DNA of 64,000 nt from Lingula anatina (taxonomy: Eukaryota > Animalia > Brachiopoda). The translations under genes were made by a program, and so were the position numbers. Under the pieces are notes generated by a model that saw nothing but the letters and a program-made list of their open reading frames with translations, ran no database searches and was not told the origin of the DNA. Numbering within the stretch: position 1 is the stretch's first letter; each line of letters begins with the position of its first letter. Shown in pieces: positions 24,627 through 36,810 of the stretch. The stretch is taken from assembly GCA_051362555.1 (NCBI GenBank), contig CM120642.1, positions 31,744,001-31,808,000 on the forward strand. Direction: 5' to 3'.

Positions 24627-26110
24627 AGGGATAGAGTTTAGGGGTGTTTATTTTTTTTCCATTGTAGAACAGAGAACAGACACAAATCATGGGGAGAAAT
24701 GTTATAGAAATTTATGTATTGTCAGTTTTGCCACAAATGGTTATTTGTATATTTGTAATGCGGCTCACACGACATGTGTACGGGATGGGGGATGGGCCAA
24801 GTCGGTGTGTTAAAGATGTCTAACATTCAAAGCATAATATCGTAAATAATCTCAGATTTCAAGTTTACATAAATGAGATAACAACCTTTACACAGTATTG
24901 TTCATTTCCTATTCATACATGTACATATATAAGGTAAACATTCTTCATTCAAAGCTTTTCCGTAAAACGTGCATAAAAAGCTACGACTTTACCTTTGAAA
25001 TTTTGATATGTCGTTTCTATATTTAATGAAGAGGGAAAGCTTTGTTCAGGTTATGAAACTGAAGTTCTGTTTATTTATAGTATTACAATGTACATGTTAA
25101 CATAGACTTCAGTTTATTCTTAGTAGTCCAGTCTAGGTGCCACGTGTTGTAGCTTCCTTTTAGGTGACGCAATCAAAATGTTCATGTCTACCATGCAAAA
25201 AAATACTAATACAGCAGGGAAATCCACACTTAACTTGATGTAGTTTATAGCTGAAACATAGACAATTGTCATCCTTTTATTTCTTTTTGAAAATAATCTA
25301 CCTGAGCTTTCAGACTGAAGTTTGAATATGTGTTTAAGAGAACTTGAAGATTAATCAAAATGATTCATATTTTTCTTATACATTTTGCTGGTGTGGCGAG
25401 TCATATAATTGGATGTATATTTAGTATTTTCATAATATCCTCACAAAATGTATGATGGCAGTGCCAAAAGAAAAGATTGTAAATGTTATAAGTATTCATT
25501 TTACGTGAACTAGACGTTTTTATTGATTTATCTATGGTGGTAGAATTAACTTGGGTTCAGAGAAACTGCTGTCAGAGTTAAAAAGTTTTACTAATGTATT
25601 ATTGTTTTTATTCATATTTAAATATCTTAGTCTATATTTAACTAACAGGATCAATATAAATACAAACCACTGCTGTTGTATATGATTTATTATTCTATAT
25701 TTTATTTACTAAAATGTCTTATTTATTACCGTTCCAGTTTTCTGTTGCCAACTAACACAAAAGGTGTCCATATTTGATTGTTTTAACGTACTCATTCAAA
25801 TTAATATATTTAATATGCAAAGTCCAAAGTAAAAGTATATGTAGTCTATATCTATTTATATACATATATTTGATGATAGGTGAAGTAGTCAAGTTGTGGA
25901 CTCAGTTTATTTATGACCCTTCACAGCAGCCGAATTTTGCCATCAACTTGGGTCTTTAGTCGAAGATTAAATTACATGTAGTTAAACTTACGCACTATCA
26001 CAACTTTTTGAAAATTCAAATCACCAATGAAGAGTTTGGCAACACAGATGGTTGTGTCCAGCGAGAGAGAGAGAGAGAGTGTGTCGAGCCGCCAGTCTGT
26101 TAATTGCTAT

Positions 26111-26146
<36 letters not shown>

Positions 26147-27040
26147 AGTTGTTCTAAAACCCCGTTTTAGGGATTTTTATATACTTGTTGTACCAACTTG
26201 TAGACCGTCGTCCAGGACTTCCATGCTTGCCTGGTTAACTCATGGATTTTTGTAGTCGGAAGTCACTTTATTTTCATACGTATTATTGTTCAAAGATACG
26301 AGTATGTTATGTAAAATAAACGATAACACACGCAATCAAAGTGCGTTTTTTTCTTTGACAGATATCTAGGCTAAGTAATTGACTTGAACTCGGTCAAGTT
26401 CAGTACATGTGCACGATCTTCAACCAGTAAATGTACAAACGGTTTCTTCAAACCATGTTTAAGCTCGATCAGTACGTTAGAAACGTGCATATTTTATTCC
26501 TGACTAAGAAAAAGACAACCAAGATAAAAGACAAAAGCTATAACATAAAGTAATCCTGAGTTTTGCAAAGCAGATAATAATTTTAAAAGTTTATGAAGAA
26601 GTATAGTTTGTGTTAACAACCATGCTGCCGATTCAAATATTTTGACGTTGTAAAACCTGTCCCTTACGGGTCTCTGGATAATATAAGAAAGGTACTTGTG
26701 CTGCGTGCATCCTTCCTGTAAAATATCATGGCACGCCAAAATGGGCAAGCCCACCTCTCCACCCACAATAAGACAATGGCACAGCTTCTGTGAAATGATG
26801 ATTACGATATTTTCACATTTTAAAAAAATCTCAATTTTGAATATGGATTAAATTGGTACCCTTAAAGGGACCTTGCGCTATCAAGGCAGAGGGGGTGTGG
26901 CCGTGGCCCACTGCCTCCTCCCTTGTTTCGGAGATAACTTCTCCCCCCCCCCCCCAAAAAAAAAAAAAAAAAAAAAGAAAATTAATTATAAGTTGTATAA
27001 ACAGCAAATACGCAGTGATCGTAATGAAATATTTTTTTGC

Positions 27041-30000
27041 CTACGGATTTTCTTGGTTAACGTCGGTGGTGGTGACACATTCCTCCTGATTCTGGTCCGT
27101 TGTTGTTCTGTATATAATAATGATATATATATAAAACCAAATAAAGAAATAATATCGAGAGAAACAAACAAAGGGCATTTTGCCATGTATATTACATGTA
27201 ATACTTTATTTTAAACCAACAGCCAAATAAACAAAAATAAAATAAATGTAGCAACATAAAGTTCAGTGCCTCATCCACCTGAACCGTTCACGTCAATATG
27301 AAAATGGGATTTACCTAATACAGAGAGAAGCGGTTAAATGTGCATTTTAATACCAACCTTCCATTTATCACCGTGTCGAAAGCGGCCATGGTCTGAGACA
27401 GGGGCTTTCCCAGGGTCTCTGGCAGCAACATTGCCAGCCCTCCGGCGGTCACGGAACACAACCCAATTACTATGAACGGCAGCGGCTTGTAGACAGTTTC
27501 CAAGAGGAGAATCTGAGGGGCCAAAAGACCACCTAACCGTCCAATAGAGGAATGGAAGCTTAAGCTGACGTGCCTGAGATAAAAAAAATCCAATGTGATT
27601 TATCAATATGATAATGACAACTAACTAAAACGGTAAAAAAACATTCTTCTCGACTTAAGCCTAGATTGCATATTCCGCGTTTGCCGTACTTTGATATCGT
27701 ATACAATTTTTCATGCGATTGTTCTGGCATCAGAAATGGATACGGGGTTACGTGCAGGTGTCAGGCCCTTCCGAAAATTCGGTTTGTACGTAGAAAAGTG
27801 ATAGTACGAAGCCATTCCAGTCTCATTGCAGTTGCCGTACATGTACCCCTTCCGTGCGACTTTTCCAAGATCGATACTCATCGAAATTCATGCAAGTGAA
27901 TAACTGAAAGTTTTAAACATTTTTCCTGTGGTTATGCCTCTCTAAACCACCAAAGTTGAAAGGAAAAGAGACCAACAGCAGGTTCAAACATTATTGCAAG
28001 TTCATCAAACATTGCCTATACGGGACAGCGCATCTACGATAATGCTACGGCCTGTGGGCTTACGGGTTTCAAAAGTTGTCAAACGTTTTAGCTTGACAAA
28101 ATCGTAGAGGCTACGGAGGCCGTAAATACGTATAGTACGATTTCGTATGATTTCGCACGGCCACCGTCTACCTCCCACGAAAAGTGATTTACGGGTAGCG
28201 TAAGTGCACCGTACGGACATCGCATGGCAAATGTAATCTTGGCTTTAGAGACAAAATAACGAGTGTCATTCTATCTATGGATATATCTGTGGACCTTATA
28301 ATCAAGTGAATGGGACACCTAAAAACAGGAGGCTGTTGACGATTCACTGTTGCGTCCTGTTTCCAATTTGTGTCATTTATGCATGAAATGTCTCGCTAAT
28401 AGTTTTTCCAGTATAAAGACTTCTTTAGACTGTTCTATTTGTGCACAGTCTTTTTATGATTGTCTGTGCATTATCAGTCATAGTCCAGAAGATTTGAGAA
28501 ATGCTCCGATATACGCATGGGCACCCCATTTAAAGACGCATCATATATATTACACGGGATCACATTTCACATCAGATAGTTAAAAAACACTAGACCTCGG
28601 GTCGCACTGTTTTCCCCCACTAAATTCTAGAGGTATCATTGGTGATGACCGAGCATTTTGCAATACGACCATACCTTTTTTGCATACCCGGTAATTGCTT
28701 GTAATTTCAGCTCCAAGTAGGGAGAGGTAACTGATTGTTATGCAGGTATAGTAGGCCTATTACTCATCAATGTTATATTATAATTCTGAAAATGATTGGG
28801 AGAAACCCTCCAACCACCACAAGACATCTTTCAAGTTTGACTTTATATTATATTTTTCCAAAGTTGTAGAATGGACGGTTCGGATAAAAAGACAATCTGG
28901 ACTGAAATTTTCATATGTCCAAGTTGTCCTTTAGACCTCGACCCCGGATTATGGAACGATATTTGACGTTTTTCAGCTTTGCACAGTCTGTGTATAAAAA
29001 TGAACGTAAACTAACCTCTAATACTTTGCATGTAGCTACGATAGAGCTTTATTTACTATCGTGTAAAGCTTAATCTATATGATTGGGGTTATTATTGGAG
29101 AAAAACGCTAAAATAATGGTTAACTTCGTGTTGTTCTCAAACCCCGGATTATGGAACAAAACCGGAAGTGCGCAGATAACGTTGCGTCAGAGTTTGTTAG
29201 ATAAGATGCAAGGCAATACGTAGCGCAGGGGGTCTATAAAAGACAATAAAACGGCAAATGCGCTTTATATTGCGAATATTAATGAACATTACAGCAGTTG
29301 TTATTCATATTTAGTTGGTCTTTTACTTTTAAACACAAATATTGCTAAAAAATGGAATAGTCCACTCACTCAGAGTTTGTTAGATAAGATGCAAGGCAAT
29401 ACGTAGCGCAGGGGGTCTATAAAAGACAATAAAACGGCAAATGCGCTTTATATTGCGAATATTAATGAACATAACAGCAGTTGTTATTCATATTTAGTTG
29501 GTCTTTTACTTTTAAACACAAATATTGCTAAAAAAATGGAATAGTCCACTCATTTACCACTGCCTTGATCGGATTATGGAACAAAACGAGAAGTTGCCGC
29601 TACGTCGGAGTATCGAAGCGATATTTAGTAGTCTGGTCATTTAAAATGCCAAATTGAAAATACTGTATTCATTATTATGAAAGAATAATATTGATATTTC
29701 TCATTTTAAAAATCATCGATCATTCATTTGGCCAGCCTTCAGGTACATGTAACAACACCAGTAATGATTCAAAATAAAAGCTTTAATTCATGATAACAAA
29801 ACTAGCAATTAACATTAACAGCTCACACACCACCAACAAAGAATTTATCGAAAGTGTGACAAATACAATAAAAATAAATAGATTAAAAAAAAAGACGGAG
29901 AACTCATGTAACAGACTAGTGCTGTGACCTAACAAAGAGATGAATGTATTCAGTTTTTTAACATCGCTGACCTTTATAAAATGCATTAAACATTTAACTC

Positions 30001-30788
30001 CATAAAACGAAATCACTGCAATTTATTCTATTATTATACTGTCTCGCAACTCTGTTCACCATATGGAATAATAATGTGCGTTTGTGTTATGTTCGTATGT
30101 ATGTTTATTTTTACGTTGCGTTGTTTGTTACGCACAAGAACATATCACTTGTAGGATCATGTACTTTTGCGGTATAAATAAGAAAAAAAAAACAATATAA
30201 ATATTTAAAAAATATATAAAACAAAAGAACTCAACCAATGTTTCTCCTTTACTGAGATAAATTCCAGCAGATATAACACAGGAAAACGTCCAAAAATGTA
30301 GTGGTTTAAGCGCAAGTGAAATGTTCTTGCGCGTTAAGCCTAGGTCCCAAATACGTTTTGGACGCACGGTTTTTTAGTTCCTTGCGTCCGGCTAGGACGT
30401 AGCTAGATCGCACGTAGCGGCTGTTGATCATGTCGAAAAGTTACTACGTGCTGTTTGCGTCTTCCAAAAGTCGCACGATGGATGTGCTCCTCACGCACGA
30501 ACTCCCAAGTTTTTCCCATTTTTTTGGCCGTAGACCACACGGAGCAGCCTGTACGTTCGGTTCGGACCTAGGCTTTACAAACAACGCAACGTAAAAATTC
30601 TTTTTTCTCTCTTCTTCCTTCTTCTCTTTTCTACGTACGTTTCACCTCCAATGCCCTCTGTGCCTTTCGCTCTCGTACCTCAGCCTTCTTCCTCTTCCTT
30701 TCCACGCCCGCTCTTCTCTTCTCCTCTTTCTATATTCTTCGCTTAGCGCCATCTTCGGCTTTTCTCATTTTTTCTACAGCTCTTCTTT

Positions 30789-30824
<36 letters not shown>

Positions 30825-33342
30825 TCAAGTCTTTAAATAATGCTTTCTTATTATCCGATATCCGAACAAATCTTTATTTGAAGACAAAATTCATTTTCTC
30901 ATTATTTTTCATTTATTTAGCATGTTTTTTATTTCACTATATTGCACCTATTTATCCTTCCCGGTTTTCTAAGGGACAACTCGGGATGTCGATTCATGAA
31001 CCGACCCCACCAGCCGTTCGACGCTGAAAAGCCCATAGGCCTATCCCTTTGTTTTCCCACCGCCAGAGCAAACTTGCAGACTCCAAGTCTTTGGTGAGGG
31101 GAAACCCCCAGTCACTCATAATAAGGCAGTAGTGGACTAGAGCTGCCTCATCAGAGTGACTGAGGGCCAACTTCCCATGACCACCTCCCTTGAGAGCACT
31201 TGTGGTATATTTAAGAAAAATAGAAGAAGAAGATACTGGATAGAGATAGTTGAAATAAGAAGTTTTAAAGATAAAACTCCCAGAAAAGGCGCAAATCTAG
31301 TAGGCCCTAAATGATTCATAAGTCTAATATATATTTTTTTTTTTTCATCACAACAAAGATCAATCATGTGTCATTTGTGTAGGCCTACCTGAAATATGAT
31401 TTAAAATGATCCTCTTTGGCACCTCATAGGCCTACGTGCCGCCTCTGATATTGAATAAGAGTGGGCCTATAATTTCCTCTTTGACATGCTGAAATTTATC
31501 GAGCATGAAAAAGGTCAGTAACGATTTTTTCTCTCATAATGTCAATACAAAAGTCAACATTAAGTGATTTTGTGAGAACAAATTTATTTATTTCACAAGT
31601 CGCTTGAGTCTAATAGCGCTCGTAGCGTTCTCTAGCGGCAGTTTACAGTGAGCAGAAAGCACCCACAGCTATGCCCAACATCAAAGGCATTTTTATGAGA
31701 TCTTGGAATAACCTACTTCAACCTCTTGAAAGTGGATGTTTTGAAATAATTTCATTAAGCCGAGAACAAGAAATACAAACAATAGGCTAAGGGATGAGAC
31801 AAGTTAGGCTACAATACTTATAGCAGTAAAAGACGGCCGTGTTTACGTCCACAGCGATCGATGTAGGCCTACCCGTAACCAGTATGAAAAAGTTAGAAAT
31901 CGAGATCGGAAACTGACAGTAACACGTGCAGACGAAAGCGGACGATAAACGGCTTTAAAACTTGCTTGAATAAACGTAAGTTCATTATTAATTTTATCAA
32001 ATTTGAGAACAACGAACTTTCAAACGCTAACACTTCTATTGTATCAGGTCGTAACATGCGTCTGCATAGCTCGTTTGATACATTGTAGCAGACGCTTGAA
32101 ACTTTCGTGGCAACGGGGATTTTTTACGCTCTGCATGCTGGGTAAAAAGAGAAAACTTCCGGTTTTGTTCCATAATCCGGGGTCGTTCCATAATGCGGGG
32201 TCGGGGTCTATATTTGAATCAAAGTTCACCTTCATGGCATGACCCTGGCATCTACGAAATTTGACTCCATGACTTAGCAACAATAACGTTCCTGAAGCAC
32301 ACAATAACAACTTCCAAAAATCCATCCGCACTACTGCTTTTCGCAGTTTCAGCTGTAGTCTCTTAAAATCAATTTTGTAAGTATGTTGGAAATTTGGCCA
32401 GAACTTGCAATATCTGTTATATCACATTAATGTAAGTATTCACACCAACAAGCAATGTGACCAAATTAAAAGGGCACTATTTCATATTGCGGAAGGTGAT
32501 GCAACTGACCTTATTACCGTGGGATAGATCTCGCTAGTTACCATATAGATGACAGCAAAGGTGGTGCTTATTGCCATCTTCCCCAGTAAAGCCAGTGTTA
32601 TAGTCAGCCATTGCAGGTCTGGAATGCAAGATGTCAAGAAGTTTTAAAAATTGATTGTAATTATAGATAATCTAATATGATTTCCTTTTTTGTAATTGAA
32701 ATTATACATGTAGGCGAGTTCTGGGCTATTTTAGACAAATGAGACATATCATAAGGTCTCTCTACGCCTCAACGAAGTTTGACTATACTTTTAACTATCC
32801 AGAATTCAGTACACCATTAAGATAAAAAGCAAGTAAGTTCCCGAAGCCGAAATAGATGTACGAAGAAACCGCAGTAATATTGTGACAGGAGTGGTAGTCC
32901 ACTAGGAACCGTAGTCTGTTCCCCATTACTTTGTACAGGTGACATTTGTCCCATATACTAATCGCGATACTCCAACTAACCCTAAACTGTACAAATCATA
33001 TGGGGCGTTGGGCTTCAATTCTTAGAACTACCTGTCACACCTGTACACTGTAAGACCTACCTTTAGGTATGAGCATAGCAATGATACACGCCAGTCCACC
33101 AATTACCATGAAAATGAGCAATATCTTTCGACGCCCTATTGTATCTAAAATGAATAGCGCTAAGAATTGTCCCGGGATATCTGCCAGGCCCATAAGTGCA
33201 AAATTGAGGAACAGGCTGCCTCCGAGATCTTGAGTACCATAGGAGAGGCCAAAATATACCAAAGAGTTCACCAACCTGAAAATAGACATGTTTACAAAGC
33301 ATGTGAAGTCAAAGTCAATCTTAATGTGTGCTTGGGGGCTGG

Positions 33343-33379
<37 letters not shown>

Positions 33380-35370
33380 GCACGCTCTTGACCATGGCTA
33401 CGTAGTCATTATCCTTAAGATCCAATTTTAATTAAAAAACTATTATCTTAGCATAAAGAAATGTTAGATATGATCGGAAAGCATCCTGTAAGATTTTCTT
33501 ACCAGAGGAAAGCGAGGTTGAGAGTCACTTTAGCCCTGTTCAAGGTTTTCAGTAAATCGACGGGAGTGTGCGTTACCCTCTTCTCCTGGTCTCCCTTCAA
33601 TAAAAAGTCATCGAGTACATCTGGATCCAGTGTGACCTTGTTGACGGCAGCTACTCTTGTAATGATTGCCTTTGCTTCTTCATGTCGACCCTGAGCGAGC
33701 AGCCATCGCACCGACTCCGGAAGAACCCTGCGATGAAATCTTATTATAACGCATTTTTGTTAAGACAATTAATATCTTTAATTCTTTTTGTAACCTCTTT
33801 TTAAGTATATTTCTGGTCGATTTCCATTTTTTTATCTTTAGCGTGTTACAGTTCGCATAATGACTGGATCGACTATTCTTTTTTATTGAAACGCCGTGTC
33901 GTACTTGTACGGTGTACATGTACCCCTGTACCTAATTTGTATAACATGTCACCTGATACAGAGAAAAATTAAAGAGTAATACACCTTTTTCAATTTTACC
34001 CAATGTACACAATAATACCTTTTTTAATGCTGTTATACAAATCCCTATTCTTACATAAATAATTAAACACCAATAACTTACAACCAAAACAAAGTGAAGA
34101 AAACTGCAGGTGAATTTGCCACCAACGCTAGATGGCGCCAGTTGCGTACCAAGTACGCCTCCAGTGCCAGTAATGTGTGTCCTAATCCAAAAAACATTCC
34201 GATGATGAGGCCGGCCATACGTCGCTTACTTGTACCTACCAATTCCATTCCTGGTAACAAATGTACATGTAATTATACAAGTTAAAAAGTTGAGAAAAAT
34301 TAAGATTTTTGTGCATTAAAACATCTATTTAAACTGGGAACAATCAAACATAGTTTCGCCTTCTTAGTTGACTTCAAAAGTAACGATAACCTAATATTAT
34401 ACATTTTACTGCACATGTGCAATTAAGAGACTAGCGTCACATCTTGAAACATGCACCGATTGACACAAAATCAGGCTGGAACGGTACATAAAGATTCTGC
34501 ATGTACCAGTATACGTAAGCAAACTGCATATAATGTCACACGATGCTATCTTAGAGGTATGATTTATGATAAGAAGCGATAACAAAGATTTAAATAAGAC
34601 GAACAAGGCGGAGAGATCCCTTGTCAGCGCTGCTGTAGGCCTACTGTACATGATTTTTTATTTTTCATTGTTCATTCTAATGTTGGTCATTTTCAGCGCT
34701 CACCTAGTGTATAGATAGTTAGGTAGACCAGGGCGTCGCATGATCCTTGGAGAACGTACAAAACAGTAAAAGACAGCATGTCCGGTGCAAACGCCATGCT
34801 TATCCCTTTGGCGGCTACAAAGAACTGACCAAACAAAAACACATGTCGTCTGCCAAATCTGAAAATAAAATATAAGACAACAGCTTTTAGAGACCTACAG
34901 GTACAATGTACATGCAAGCAGGTTAGAGACCCACAGGTACAATACATTTGCTCACATAGAAGCTGATTGAAGGAAAAGTAAGAAACTGCTATTGGATTGC
35001 AGTAAAGTAACCCCCCCTTTACACTGGACGGCGTCCTCTCTGCGTCCTTTGTGCGACCATGAAACTGGCATCGCTGTGATCGTTGCAAAATGAATGCTCA
35101 ATGATCGGCCAGTTGTCGGCACGTAAAGTATTTTTTTTTACTCTCAAACGGGGTCGTACTACGGGACGCAGAGAGAACGCCGCCCAGTGTAAATTGGGCT
35201 TAAAAGGCTAACATTTTATAAAGACAAAAAAAAAAAAAAAAAAAAAAAAAAAAGAAAGAAAGAAAATCGCCATCCCCATGCCCCCTTACGTGATAATCTT
35301 TGCTCAGCAGTGTTTAATAGTTTTTCCTCAGGTCAGATATCTATCAATGATTTTGTGAAAACTGTCAAAC

Positions 35371-35401
<31 letters not shown>

Positions 35402-36810
35402 TAACTTGTCTATAGTTTTTGAAGTATTCCAAACTTTTTAAGAAAGAGTACATTTGCGTACATTTGCATAAAGCAAAAAATAAATAAATAAATAAAATAA
35501 CAGGGATATTGTCCAATTATAGCCATGCAGTTCAATGCAGCATAAATATATACATAGACTTGGATAGAACTTCGTGATCTTGTCCATGAGATAAATTAAG
35601 AACGTTAATAAACATGTTTGTGAAAGTGGCGCAGGCGCAGCGAAGCCACCATACAAGTTAACTTGGTGTTACACGCACAACCATACACGCACCCTTGTAA
35701 ATATACAAGTACCGCACCTTCACTGTACCCTGTCGTTAAATAAACCACATCACTGCATAACTTGTATTGTGCATTCCTACGAGTGTTTGCATTTTAAATC
35801 AATACGAACCCTTTTGGAATCGATTGCTTACATGACTTGCAGTTCATATACTGTGTACATGCAGTCATTAGGCATAAATATATGAAGGCTACAGGCATCC
35901 CCGACATTGAGAAAGAAAGAGTGTTCATTTTCCTATTCTATTCTAAAATATTTTTCAAAACTTATTGGTTGTGTTGTTTTACCTGTCCGATATCACACCT
36001 GACAATAAGAGGGCAAAAAGCTTCCCAGCAAACAGCGCTGACTTGCAAGTGCTCAGTTGCCAAGCATTCCCACAAGACAGGTCAAACTTGAAAAAAGAAA
36101 TAGAATTTGCATTACTTTGCAGGAACACTGAAACACACCTTCGTAAATAGGTAATAAAACAGGGAACCATCACTGTCTTAGAACAAAAATATAAATAACT
36201 GATCGGTTATGTGGCAATTAAACGCTTCGGTCTACCGTTAATTACACACCCAAACTGGAAGAATCTGCTAAAGATATTTTATCAGGGCTCTGTATGTTTT
36301 CATAAAATTATGATATACTTCTCGTCTAAATGAAATTATGCAGTGATTTCTGCTAACCTCAGAAACAAGTGTGCTCTTAAACTGTTCCTGGCTATAAATT
36401 CTTCCCTCTGGACATGGTTTTGTAGTGATGTTACTTCTCTCCAAATGCAGTGCTCCGAAACTGTGGGAAAAATCAGAGGTTATGTTTTGACCATCTGCTA
36501 TGCTGTATATTGCCTCCAAACGAGTGTCGTTGTCGTACCTATATAATATACATTGCTCTCTCTCCCCGTCTTTATTTCGAGGTATGGCAATATTTAACAG
36601 TTCTTCATGTGAAACGTTTCCATACGCCTGTGTTACCCAGTCTATGTAGTGAGCAGGGACCTTACAATAATGGTCCATCTGAGCACCAAAAAACACAATT
36701 CCTAGCATAGCCATTACTGATTGGAAGCCCAGGATACATATCAGGGCGTATCTTCTCTTCTGAAAGGTGCCAAACTCCCCAAGAGTCTTGAGAAGATCGT
36801 CGAAGTGCAT
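27041..36810 (-). CDS. SLC22-family organic cation transporter (Orct-like), paralog A, ~570 aa
   Basis: Exons 36810-36358, 36086-35983, 34858-34704, 34250-34082, 33727-33503, 33275-33061, 32618-32510, 27573-27358, 27107-27041. Motifs LGEFGTFQ, EFDLSC, SDRFGRR, PESVRWL, DTIGRR, EIYPTVIR, LPETLG. Confidence 0.92.
27658..28244. mobile_element. Non-autonomous Harbinger-like element in intron 7 of paralog A
   Basis: TTA|AGCCTAGATTGCAT...ATGTAATCTTGGCT|TTA; CGTA-rich interior; absent from the matching intron of C and D. Confidence 0.7.
29187..29552. repeat. 183-bp near-perfect tandem duplication
   Basis: TCAGAGTTTGTTAGATAAG...ATAGTCCACTCA starts at 29187 and again at 29370. Confidence 0.9.
30337..30574. 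mobile_element. Harbinger-like MITE nested in the 3.3-kb element
   Basis: TTA|AGCCTAGGTCC...GGACCTAGGCT|TTA. Confidence 0.8.
35011..35200. mobile_element. Harbinger-like MITE in intron 2 of paralog A
   Basis: TAA flanks; inverted arms TTTACACTGGACGGCGTCCTCTCTGCGTCC / GGACGCAGAGAGAACGCCGCCCAGTGTAAA. Confidence 0.75.

Larger units (their letters stand above)
28934..32208. mobile_element. ~3.3-kb TA-flanked DNA transposon remnant (possibly pogo/Tc1-mariner type)
   Basis: TA|GACCTCGACCCCGGATTATGGAACGA ... TCGTTCCATAATGCGGGGTCGGGGTC|TA (26-bp TIR, 2 mismatches); repeated subterminal CGGATTATGGAAC; flanks are close together in the paralog C intron. Confidence 0.75.
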
